Positions 27,267 through 35,451 of a stretch of DNA of 38,606 bases are shown here, piece by piece. Source of the DNA: Acidimicrobiales bacterium (lineage in GTDB: Bacteria > Actinomycetota > Acidimicrobiia > Acidimicrobiales > Bog-793); NCBI GenBank assembly GCA_050010315.1, contig JBEKLG010000001.1, positions 1-38,606 on the forward strand, given 5' to 3'. How positions within the stretch are numbered: position 1 is the stretch's first letter; the number at the start of each line of letters is the position of its first letter. The translations under genes were made by a program, and so were the position numbers. The notes beneath the pieces are model-generated. The model worked only from the letters and a program-made list of their open reading frames with translations. It ran no database searches and was not told where the DNA came from.

Positions 27267-27728
27267 TGCTTGCGCTCGGCAGGGCCGCGGGCGCGACGAT
27301 CACGTTTCAGCCGTTCTTAGCCAAGGTGCGCTGCGTCGCGTCGCGGCCGACGCAGATGTGACGAGGATCCCCCGGGCCGGACCTCGCTTCGAATGTCCGA
27401 AAACTCGACCCGATCTCGCCGGGTCGCGTGCGGGTGAACCCAGGGCGCGCCGACCAGGTTCGCTTGCCGGCCACGGCCCTTCGAAGCACGCCCGAAGCTC
27501 TCTTCGGCGTTCCGTCTCCAGGGCGGGCGGAGCTGCAACGATCCTCGGCGGCGGACCGACCGGCGAGGGCCGGGGCAAAAGGACCGGGATTACCGGCCGG
27601 GAAGATGACCCGGCTGGGCCCTTTCGTCCCGCCGCGGTGCGGCCGATCCGGTGCCATCGGGCCTCGACGGACGAACGGTCTCGCCTCATGAGTCCGCCGA
27701 CGGGTCCTCCGATTCCAACGGCCTGCGG

Positions 27729-29297
27729 CTATTTCCCCGGAGGGCGGGAAGGACCCTCAGCTGGGGGTCGCGAGGGCAGGGCGACGAGCGCGATGAGGGC
27801 ACCCGCGCCGGTGACCGCGGCGCCGACGATCAGGGCGGTGCGAGAGCCTGAGGCGTAGCCGACGCGGGCCGCCTCGGCCAGCTCGGCGCCGACGACACCC
27901 CCGGCGATACGGGCCACGGCAAGCGCCCCGCCGATTGAGCCCAAGATGGCGTGTCTGGCGACGGCCGGCACGGCTCGACCGGCCATCACCGCCTGCATCG
28001 CGTGTCGGTAGTGGGTGGAGAGCACGCTACCGAGCACCGCGATGCCGAGCGCGCCGCCGACTTGCATCGCGGTCGAGTTTGTCGCCGAGCCGACGCCGGC
28101 TCCGGCCTGGGTGACCGCGCCCAGCACCGAGTCGATCGCCGCCGGAATGAGCAGTCCCGCCCCGAGACCCATGAGCAGCATCCCCGGCAGTTCTCCGAGG
28201 TACGTCGCCGCCGCCGTGGACCCGACGGCGACCTGAGCAAGCCCGCCGGCGACGAGCAGGAGGGCCAAGGTCGCCACGAGCTTGCTGCCGACCACGTGAA
28301 CGACCCGCGGCGAGATGAGGGCGCCGAGGGCGAGGATTGCGGCAATGGGGAGAATCCGCAGCCCGGCACCGAGCGGCGAGTAGCCGAGGAAGAACTGCAG
28401 GAACTGGGTCACGAGGAACAGGCCACCGAACAGGGCGAAGAGCCCGAGGCCAACGGAGACGATCGCGACGCTGAAACGCCGCGAGCTAAAGAACTCGAGC
28501 GGCAGCATCGGATGGTCGATCGCCCGCTCCCAGAAGACGAACCCGGCCAGCACCGCCAAGCCGACCAGGCCGGCACCGACGACCTCCGGCGAAAGCCATC
28601 CGCGGCTCGGCGCCTCGATGATCGCCCACAGGAAAAGCCCGAGGCCAAGGATCGACAGCGCCGAGCCGGCCGGGTCCGGCCGGTCCGGGGCGAGGCTGCG
28701 GGACTCCGGCACGAACGCCAACGTGCCCAGGATGCCGACGACGATCACCGGGACGTTGACGAGGAACACCGACCCCCACCAGAACCGGCTCAACAGCAGC
28801 CCGCCGACGACCGGGCCGATGGCGATGCCGAGCCCGATCGTCCCCGACCAGATGCCGATGGCGCGGGCCCTGGGCGCGGCCTCGCGGAACACGTCGTTGA
28901 CGATGGACAGCGCCGAGGGCACCGTCATCGCCGCCCCGACTCCCATCACCGCTCGCCAAGCGATCAGGGGATCGACGCTGCCGGAGAAGGCCGCACCAAG
29001 AGATCCCCCACCGAAGACGACGAGACCGAGGATGAACAACCGCCTGCGCCCGTAACGGTCGGCAAGGCTCCCCCCGACGAGCACCAATCCCCCGAAGGCG
29101 ATCGCGTAGGCGTCGACGATCCACTGCAGCTCCGCTGTCGTCGCCCCCAGCCGCTCGACCAACGTCGGCAGCGCGACGTTGAGGATGGTGTTGTCGAGGC
29201 TCACCACGAGCACCGCGACGCACAGCACACTTAGCGCGAGCCAGCGACTCCCCGCCCCCGTCGCCCGGGCGGGCACGGCCGCGCTGGCGGTAACCAT
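27729..29297 (-). CDS. MFS transporter, DHA2 (EmrB/QacA, 14-TMS) family
   Basis: LDNTILNVALPTL..., motif A GGSLADRYGRRRLF and WRAVMGVGAAM are present. The protein is 522 aa with about 14 hydrophobic segments. Confidence 0.88.
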   Translation of the reverse strand: MVTASAAVPARATGAGSRWLALSVLCVAVLVVSLDNTILNVALPTLVERLGATTAELQWIVDAYAIAFGGLVLVGGSLADRYGRRRLFILGLVVFGGGSLGAAFSGSVDPLIAWRAVMGVGAAMTVPSALSIVNDVFREAAPRARAIGIWSGTIGLGIAIGPVVGGLLLSRFWWGSVFLVNVPVIVVGILGTLAFVPESRSLAPDRPDPAGSALSILGLGLFLWAIIEAPSRGWLSPEVVGAGLVGLAVLAGFVFWERAIDHPMLPLEFFSSRRFSVAIVSVGLGLFALFGGLFLVTQFLQFFLGYSPLGAGLRILPIAAILALGALISPRVVHVVGSKLVATLALLLVAGGLAQVAVGSTAAATYLGELPGMLLMGLGAGLLIPAAIDSVLGAVTQAGAGVGSATNSTAMQVGGALGIAVLGSVLSTHYRHAMQAVMAGRAVPAVARHAILGSIGGALAVARIAGGVVGAELAEAARVGYASGSRTALIVGAAVTGAGALIALVALPSRPPAEGPSRPPGK

Positions 29298-29299
29298 GT

Positions 29300-30025
29300 C
29301 TACGACGCCGTTAGGCGTGAAGTCGGCGGACGCTTCGTCGCCGACGGCTTCGGAGAGGCCACCTCGGGCCTGGCCGCCTGGGACCGTACCGTGGCGGCGC
29401 GCCTGCCTTGATGGCGCCGGCCGAGGAGGTCACCCACGGTGTCGCGCATCAATACCGCGAGCTCCCCGGAGGAGACGTCGCGCAGCAGATCGCCGTAGAT
29501 GACGAGCGTGGTCACGACGGCGCCGACGGCGGACGCCATCCGCACCCGGTCGCGCAGTGGCAGGGACGGGTCAGCGATCACGCGGCGGACCTCATCGTCG
29601 AGATCTCCGCGCGAGGCCCTGTGCCCACGGCGGTGCAGCCGTTCGAACGCTGACCGGTTGCGGTCGAACATCACGAAGATCTTGCGGTGGTCGAGCATCT
29701 CGCTGACCAGTTCGTCGAGCAGGGCCGCCCAGGAGTCCACCCCGGCCGGAAGCTGGCCAAGCTGTTCGCTCGCGCGCCGGCCGATCTCCTCGAGGCGCTG
29801 GTGCAACCCCATCAAGATGTCGTCCTTACTCGCGAAGTGGTAGTAGATGGCCGCCTTGGAGAACCCGAGCCGCTCGGCGATCTCCCGCAACGATGACTTG
29901 TCGAATCCCTTCTCGACGAACAGGTCGAGCGCGACGTCGAGGATCCGTTCCCGGGTGCTCGGCTTTGCCGGGCCCCCTGCTACCCTGGCACGTCGGTTAC
30001 GAACGGGAATCGCCTTGCTGTCCAT
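29300..30025 (-). CDS. TetR/AcrR family transcriptional regulator
   Basis: The HTH is TRERILDVALDLFVEKGFDKSSLREIAERLGFSKAAIYYHFASKDDIL. The stop is 2 nt before the MFS start. There is a long basic, Ser/Pro/Ala-rich C-terminal tail. Confidence 0.88.
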   Translation of the reverse strand: MDSKAIPVRNRRARVAGGPAKPSTRERILDVALDLFVEKGFDKSSLREIAERLGFSKAAIYYHFASKDDILMGLHQRLEEIGRRASEQLGQLPAGVDSWAALLDELVSEMLDHRKIFVMFDRNRSAFERLHRRGHRASRGDLDDEVRRVIADPSLPLRDRVRMASAVGAVVTTLVIYGDLLRDVSSGELAVLMRDTVGDLLGRRHQGRRAATVRSQAARPEVASPKPSATKRPPTSRLTAS

Positions 30026-30070
30026 TGCTGCCTCCGAAAACGAGCCTGCGCGCCCAGTATAGCGAGCTAC

Positions 30071-30112
30071 TTGACGGCCGGTAAGTGTTTGCTTACCATG
30101 CGGTCGGTAAGT
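30071..30112 (+). promoter_or_regulatory. Candidate promoter with overlapping TetR-type operator in the tetR/ABC divergent region
   Basis: TTGACG (30071-30076) and TACCAT (30094-30099) are spaced 17 nt apart. An inverted repeat GGTAAG-N6-CTTACC lies at 30080-30097. A near-identical direct repeat is GGCCGGTAAGT (30076-30086) and GGTCGGTAAGT (30102-30112). Confidence 0.3.
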
Positions 30113-30132
30113 TCCGAGCAGACGGGTGCCGG

Positions 30133-31128
30133 ATGAACGACGAGACGATGATCGAGGTGACGGGCCTTACCAAGCACTTCGGTGCGACGACGGCTCTCGC
30201 CGGTGTGAGCTTCGCCGTCCCCCGCGGCGCAATCCTCGGCCTCCTCGGCCCGAACGGCGCCGGTAAGACCACGGCGCTGCGGATCCTAACGACACTCACC
30301 GTGCCCGACGGCGGCAAGGCCCGTGTCGCCGGCTTTGACGTCATCCGCGACGCCGCGGCGGTCCGCCGCAACATCGGGGTTGCAGCGCAGGATGCCACGC
30401 TCGACGAGACCTTGACCGGGCGGCAGAACCTCGTGATGGTCGGGCGCCTGAGCGGCCTAGCACGCCGCCGTGCCCGCCAGCGTGCCGACGAGCTCCTCGA
30501 GCAGTTTGAGCTCGTCGACGCCGCGGACCGCATCCTTAAGCAGTACTCGGGCGGCATGCGCCGACGCCTCGACGTCGCGGCGAGCCTCGTCGCGCGACCC
30601 CCCGTACTCTTCTTCGATGAGCCCACCACGGGGCTCGACCCGACGAGCAGAGCGCGGGTTTGGAGGATCATCCGTGACCTCGTCGCCGAGGGCGCGACGG
30701 TGCTCTTGACGACGCAGTACCTCGACGAGGCCGACGAGCTCGCCGACCGGATCGTCGTCCTCGACCACGGACTGGTGATCGCCGACGGCACGTCGGCCGA
30801 GCTGAAGACGCGCACCGGCCAGGCCCGCCTCGAGGTGACGCTGAGCGAAGCGCATCCCGAAGCCGCGGCGGCGATCGCCCCATTCGTCCTCGGCGACGTG
30901 CACGTCAGCCACGACGGCCGCCGGCTGCGCGGCCGGGTGCGCGACGAAGACGGCCTGGCGACGACCATCGTCCGAGCGCTCGACGGCGCGAATGCGACCG
31001 TGGACGACGTCATCGTCCACCGGGCGTCGCTCGACGACGTCTTTTTCGCCCTCACCGGTGACCACGGCGAACCCGACGACGACTCGGCCGACGAATCGTC
31101 CCTCGAGCGCACGGTCGAGCTCCGATGA
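30133..31128 (+). CDS. ABC transporter ATP-binding protein (DrrA-like, ABC-2 exporter)
   Basis: It has Walker A GPNGAGKTT, the signature YSGGMRRRL and Walker B VLFFDEPTTGLD. I chose the ATG at 30133 (MNDETMIEVTGLTKHFG). The track start at 30085 lies inside the putative promoter. Confidence 0.9.
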   Translation: MNDETMIEVTGLTKHFGATTALAGVSFAVPRGAILGLLGPNGAGKTTALRILTTLTVPDGGKARVAGFDVIRDAAAVRRNIGVAAQDATLDETLTGRQNLVMVGRLSGLARRRARQRADELLEQFELVDAADRILKQYSGGMRRRLDVAASLVARPPVLFFDEPTTGLDPTSRARVWRIIRDLVAEGATVLLTTQYLDEADELADRIVVLDHGLVIADGTSAELKTRTGQARLEVTLSEAHPEAAAAIAPFVLGDVHVSHDGRRLRGRVRDEDGLATTIVRALDGANATVDDVIVHRASLDDVFFALTGDHGEPDDDSADESSLERTVELR

Positions 31129-31979
31129 CGGTCACGGTATGCGAACCCACCCCGCCGCGCGTTCGGCAGCCGAGACCGCTCCGGCTGGGAGCGAAGCTGC
31201 GCGACGTCGCCGTCATGGCTCAGCGCAACCTCGTCCACATCCGCCGCGAGCCCCTGCAGCTGTCGGACGTGACCATCCAACCGGCGCTTTTCACCCTGCT
31301 TTTCGTCTACATCCTCGGTGCCGGCGTCGTCCTGCCGGGAGGGGGTACCTACGTCGACTTCGCGATCGCGGGACTACTCGGCATGAACGTCACGACCTCC
31401 TCGATGGGAACGGCCGTCGGGCTGAGCACCGACCTCAACACCGGGGTGATCGACCGCTTTCGAACGCTGCCGATGTGGCGTCCAGCGGTGCCCGTCGGAC
31501 GGTCCGTCACTGACCTGCTCACCTCGGTCGTGTGCGCCGCGATCGTCGCCGTCACCGCGCTCGCGATCGGCTGGCGTCCCGACGCCGGGGTCGGCGCGGT
31601 ACTGGGAGGTTTCGCGCTCTTCCTGCTCTTCGCCTACGCGCTCTCCTGGGGGTGCGGCTGCCTCGGGCTCGTGAGCAAGGGCCCGGAATCCGCCCAGGGG
31701 ATCGGCCTCGTCATCTTGTTCCCGCTCGCCATCGTCTCGAATGCCTTCGTGCCGACCCAGCACATGCCGACCGTGATGCGCGTCTTCGCGAACTGGAATC
31801 CGATCAGCGTGGTCACCGCCGCCTGCCGTCAGCTCTGGGGCAACCCCAACCCCTCGGCGACGATCCAGACGTGGCCGATGCAGCATGCCCTCGTCGCCTC
31901 GCTCGCCTGGTCGATCTGCCTGATCGCGGTGTTCGCGCCGCTGGCGGTGCACCTGTTTCGGCGTCGGACGACGAACTGA
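31125..31979 (+). CDS. ABC-2 type transporter permease (DrrB-like)
   Basis: The ATG overlaps the ATPase stop (ATGA). There are six hydrophobic segments. The N-terminal RNLVHIRREPLQL is typical of ABC-2 permeases. Confidence 0.85.
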   Translation: MTVTVCEPTPPRVRQPRPLRLGAKLRDVAVMAQRNLVHIRREPLQLSDVTIQPALFTLLFVYILGAGVVLPGGGTYVDFAIAGLLGMNVTTSSMGTAVGLSTDLNTGVIDRFRTLPMWRPAVPVGRSVTDLLTSVVCAAIVAVTALAIGWRPDAGVGAVLGGFALFLLFAYALSWGCGCLGLVSKGPESAQGIGLVILFPLAIVSNAFVPTQHMPTVMRVFANWNPISVVTAACRQLWGNPNPSATIQTWPMQHALVASLAWSICLIAVFAPLAVHLFRRRTTN

Positions 31980-32048
31980 GCGGCACCTTCGCCTTTGTCG
32001 GCATAAGCCCGGACCTCGCCCGGGCCGCCGGCAAGGATGCGGGGCAAG

Positions 32049-32444
32049 CTAGCCGACGAAGGACTCGATCTGGCGGACGAGCTTGTCCTCGACCTCGAAG
32101 TTCCACGCCGTTTCGGCGACATCGACGACGAGGAACAGGTCCGAGATCAGCAGGGTCTCGACGGCCGCGATCCCTAGGTGCTGCAGCCATTTGCCGATCC
32201 CGACCTTCACCGTGAAATCGTTCGGCTCGCCGGTGATCGATATCGACAGGGCGCGGTCGGCGTCGATGACGTCGCGCAGGAAACCGGCCTTTCGCGCCTG
32301 GATGACGACACCCTGCGGGCTCGGCGCCGAGACTTGGGTCGTGAAGCCCTCGGACTTGAGGTATTCCCCGATCTTTGCCTGGAGGCCGCTAAGGTCCGTG
32401 CCCTTGTTCTGGAACTGCTCGACCTTCTCGCCGATCATGGCCAC
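32049..32444 (-). CDS. Hypothetical soluble protein, 131 aa, no family recognised
   Basis: The chosen frame has strong GC3 bias and the composition is balanced, not Arg/Pro shadow-like. An AAAGGGGTGG RBS precedes the ATG. The sequence begins MAMIGEKVEQFQNKGTDLSGLQAKIGEYLKSEGF... Confidence 0.7.
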   Translation of the reverse strand: MAMIGEKVEQFQNKGTDLSGLQAKIGEYLKSEGFTTQVSAPSPQGVVIQARKAGFLRDVIDADRALSISITGEPNDFTVKVGIGKWLQHLGIAAVETLLISDLFLVVDVAETAWNFEVEDKLVRQIESFVG

Positions 32445-32489
32445 CCCTTTTCTCTCGCGGGCTGCCGTGCCAGCCCTTCTGCGGGCACT

Positions 32490-32951
32490 CTAGCGAGCGC
32501 GGCCGCCCGTCCGGGTAGGCAATGCGTCACTGAGCAGCCAGCCGACGGTCATCTGGCGTCGCCGGGACGGGAATGAAAGGGCCCGGACCAGACGGCCGCG
32601 AGCGGTCTCGTCGAGGACAACGAGCGGGTGTCCCGGCACCAGCTGGGACAGCCCCGACGAGGGAATGCAGCGACGTCTGGCTTGATCGTGACGCAACGGC
32701 CGCACGCAGCGCGAGCGGGCGCGCCTATGGACGATCGCCCCGGTCGCCACGTCAGCTCGAGTTCTTCGGCGGGCGATCAACGACAGGAGGACGCGCACCG
32801 TGCTCTTCTCAGGACGCGGCAGCCGAAACTTGCCGCTCGCTGCGAAGCAGCCCAGAAACACCGCCGCGGCCGCCGAGAGCAGCAAGACACGCCACCATGC
32901 CTCATCTGCCGCACTCTGGCTGGTTGGTCCGGACCGAGGTCTCCGCGCCAC
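32490..32951 (-). CDS. Possible membrane-anchored hypothetical protein (weak call)
   Basis: There is one clear hydrophobic helix (WWRVLLLSAAAAVFLGCFAA). The ORF fills the space between the LLM gene and the 131-aa gene on the same strand. GC3 bias is much weaker than in neighbouring genes and the protein is Arg-rich, so it may be decayed or not real. Confidence 0.25.
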   Translation of the reverse strand: MARRPRSGPTSQSAADEAWWRVLLLSAAAAVFLGCFAASGKFRLPRPEKSTVRVLLSLIARRRTRADVATGAIVHRRARSRCVRPLRHDQARRRCIPSSGLSQLVPGHPLVVLDETARGRLVRALSFPSRRRQMTVGWLLSDALPTRTGGRAR

Positions 32952-32970
32952 AACGGGGATCGGCCCGGCT

Positions 32971-33933
32971 CTAGCCGAAGGCTGCCCTGAGTGTCCGGCC
33001 CGCGAGCCGTACGGCGTCGAGGTCGCCGGCGTCGTCGAGGTTGAACACCATCCCGTCGAGCCCTACCTCGAGGAATGCCGCAACTTGCTCGCAGACGGCG
33101 TCGGGGCCGCCCGCCACGATCTCGGCGTGATAACGCGCCTCGTCCATCCCGCGGGCGACGGCCATCCGGCGACCCCGGCGCTCGGCCTCGGCGTCGCTCT
33201 CGGCAATCACCAGTCCGCCAAGGCGGGTCTTCGTGATCTCGGCCGGGTCGCGGCCGAGCGCCTCGCAGTGCCTGGCGAGGACGTCGAGCTTGTGGCCGAT
33301 CGTCGGCAGGTCGCCGAAGATGTTGCAGGCGTCGGCGTACCTGGCGGCGAGCGCGAGGGTGCGGCGCTCGCCGGAACCGCCGACGAGGATCGGGATCCCC
33401 CCGGCGCGGACCGGCCGCGGATTGTTGAGGGCGTGGTCGATCGAGTAGTAGCGACCGGCGAAACTCGGCGCGTCCTCGCGGAACATGGCACGACAGATCT
33501 GCAGGGCCTCCTCGAGACGGGCCATCCGCTCTCCGACCGGCGGGAAAGACAAGCCGTAGCCGGCGTGCTCGTCGTCGTTCCAGGCGGCGCCGATCCCGAG
33601 GATCGCCCGGCCTCCCGAGATGACGTCGAGGGTCGTCACGATCTTGGCGAGCACGGCTGGGTTGCGGTAGGTGACACCGGTGACCATCGTGCCGAGGCTG
33701 GCGCGCGCCGTGCGGGCCGCGAGCGCCCCGAGGAGCGTGTAGGCCTCGAGCATCGGGTCGGTGCGCGGCCCGACGCCGGCGATCTGGTAGTAGTGGTCCA
33801 TCACCCACAACGAGTCGAAGCCCGCCTCCTCGGCAGCGACGGCGGTCGCCGCGATCCGTCCGAAAAGGTCCCGGTCCGCTGTCCCGGGGAACGTGAAGTT
33901 CGGGATCTGCAGTCCGAAACGGGTGACCGTCAT
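32971..33933 (-). CDS. LLM-class F420-dependent oxidoreductase (Rv1855c-like)
   Basis: Diagnostic segments are MTVTRFGLQIPNFTFPG..., GFDSLWVMDHYYQI..., LEAYTLLGALAA..., VTGVTYRNPAVLAKIVTTLDVISGGRAILGIGAAW and EH.GYG. The ATG at 33933 is preceded by GGAGGAG. The upstream part of the track ORF was rejected. Confidence 0.88.
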   Translation of the reverse strand: MTVTRFGLQIPNFTFPGTADRDLFGRIAATAVAAEEAGFDSLWVMDHYYQIAGVGPRTDPMLEAYTLLGALAARTARASLGTMVTGVTYRNPAVLAKIVTTLDVISGGRAILGIGAAWNDDEHAGYGLSFPPVGERMARLEEALQICRAMFREDAPSFAGRYYSIDHALNNPRPVRAGGIPILVGGSGERRTLALAARYADACNIFGDLPTIGHKLDVLARHCEALGRDPAEITKTRLGGLVIAESDAEAERRGRRMAVARGMDEARYHAEIVAGGPDAVCEQVAAFLEVGLDGMVFNLDDAGDLDAVRLAGRTLRAAFG

Positions 33934-33936
33934 CGC

Positions 33937-34383
33937 GTGCTCCTCCAAGTCGTGGCCGCACCCCGCGCCGCGAGGCGCCGCCTCGAACGTAGCCGGAACG
34001 TCCCGCTGCCCGGCCACCACGACGATCGGTGTCCGCGGGGATCCCACGCCGCAACTGGTCGGCCGGTTCGGCACGCCCGGGCCCGCTCGGCCGACGGGTC
34101 GGCGTGCCGCAGGCACGATCCTGCCGCCGACGACGGCCTCGGTGGCGCCGGGCCGGTTGGACACCCGGCAAAGCTCGCCGCATTCGTCGACACGGCACTC
34201 CGGCGCTTTACGACCATCTGGGCCTCTGCGGGTACACCGCACTCGCTCTTCCCGACGACGTTTTCGGAGCTCACCCGCCTCGCCGACGCCTGCGAGGTCG
34301 TGGTTGCCATCGAGCCGGACCCGCCCGCGTCCGCGAATCACCGCCGTCGGAGCGTCGAGGACCGCCCACGACCGTCGGGGTAA
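33937..34383 (+). pseudogene. Truncated YbaK/EbsC-type aminoacyl-tRNA editing-domain gene (probable remnant)
   Basis: Frame 1 has high GC3. It encodes ...VPLPGHHDD...GRPVRHARA...DDGLGGAGPVGHPAKLAAFVDTALRRFTTIWASAGTPHSLFPTTFSELTRLADACEVVVA. This aligns by eye with the E. coli YbaK C-terminal half (TGYLVGGISPLG...[38 protein letters not shown]). The N-terminal roughly 60 aa, including the conserved Lys region, have no counterpart. The only upstream starts abut the divergent LLM start codon. Confidence 0.4.
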
Positions 34384-34426
34384 CCGACGGGGTCTCGCCG
34401 GCAGACTAGAGCCCAGACGCGACCGA

Positions 34427-34443
34427 ACGCCCCGAAGGGGCGT
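34427..34443 (+). terminator. Short GC hairpin downstream of the YbaK-like ORF
   Basis: acgcccc-gaa-ggggcgt forms a 7-bp stem with a GAA loop, 44 nt after the TAA at 34381-34383. There is no U-tract. Confidence 0.3.
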
Positions 34444-34719
34444 CCGGCCTAAACCCGTGAAAGGCGTCTCTGACCGCTTGCAGCATATGGGACGCTATGC
34501 CCGCCTGTCGAGGGGCCGGCCGGACGCGAACTCCCCGAGGGCGACGGCTCCGCTGTCGCGAGAATCGCGACCTCTGTCCCAACCCCGGTACGAACAATCG
34601 CGGTCCGAAGAGGGCCGCGGCGGTCGGCCTGGAGCACCCGCCGACGGTGCCCTTCCCCAGCGAGGCCCGGGCGCGGCGATAATCCCCCCTGAAGGTCTCC
34701 GTCGACCAAAGGGGCGTAA

Positions 34720-35280
34720 ATGCATCTCACCAGGCTTTCTCTTCGCAGATTGATCGGCGTCGGCTTGCTCGCCACCGCCGCCGTGGCGACGCCGGTCGAA
34801 ACGCTCCTCACCGTCTCCCCGGCAGCACCCGCCGGGGCCGTCGTCACGTCGTGCTCGACCGCCGGGCTCGTCATCTGGCTCAACACCGAGAGCAATGGAA
34901 CGGCCGGCAGCGCCTACTACACGCTCGAGTTCACGAATCTCTCGGGACACGAGTGCTCGATCTACGCCTTTCCCGGGGTCTCAGCGGTCAACCTCGCAGG
35001 CCGCCAGCTCGGCAGCGCGGCGCACTACACGAACTCGAAGAAGACGGCGATCGTTCAACTGGTGAACGGCGAGACCGCGACGGCGACCGTGCAAGTCGTC
35101 GACACCGGTGTATTCACCCGCGCGAAGTGCGCCGAGGTACGGGCCGCGGGGCTCCGCGTCTACCCACCAGACCAGTTCACCTCCAAGGTGGTTCCGTTCC
35201 CCTTCCTCGCCTGTTCGCGCCCCGGTCCGATCTACCTCTTCGTGCAGCCGGTGCAAAAAGGTCTCTTCGGCTGGAGTTGA
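34720..35280 (+). CDS. Secreted DUF4232 domain protein
   Basis: A signal peptide is followed by CSTAGLVIWLN...GTAGSAYYTLEFTNLSGHECSIYAFPGVSAVN..G.QLG, the DUF4232 pattern (C...l.....gaaG.....l.l.N.s...C.l.G.Pgv). An AAAGGGG RBS is present. Confidence 0.8.
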   Translation: MHLTRLSLRRLIGVGLLATAAVATPVETLLTVSPAAPAGAVVTSCSTAGLVIWLNTESNGTAGSAYYTLEFTNLSGHECSIYAFPGVSAVNLAGRQLGSAAHYTNSKKTAIVQLVNGETATATVQVVDTGVFTRAKCAEVRAAGLRVYPPDQFTSKVVPFPFLACSRPGPIYLFVQPVQKGLFGWS

Positions 35281-35451
35281 GTCGACGCCGCCGCGACGGG
35301 ACGCGGCCGATCTGCGAACCCGCCTAGCAAAAAGGCGCGACACCGGCTTCGAATCGCGACCTGTCGAGAGGTAGAACGGCAGGCGAAAGGCGCGGCTCGG
35401 CGGATTCGAGACCGCAACGTGGCAAGCCCCCGGACCGGAAGGACGGCAGTC

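Noticed and set aside
27267-27728. RNase P RNA, tmRNA or SRP RNA in the long convergent spacer
   Set aside because: I searched both strands by eye for the conserved cores: GAGGAAAGUCCGGGC and ACAGAACCCGGC for RNase P, GGAAGCAGC-type for SRP, and a tRNA-like 3' end for tmRNA. I found only loose partial resemblances such as gaggtccggccc. The region is kept as an unexplained spacer, not called as a known RNA.
27951-29234. A 427-aa plus-strand ORF
   Set aside because: It is antisense to the DHA2 MFS transporter and rich in Arg/Asp/Glu/Pro, with no motifs.
30085-30132. The upstream GTG start of the ABC ATPase ORF (MFAYHAVGKFRADGCR...)
   Set aside because: These 16 codons lie within the inverted- and direct-repeat promoter/operator region. 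ABC ATPases of this family normally begin a few residues before the I.V.GL.K.FG strand, which fits the ATG at 30133.
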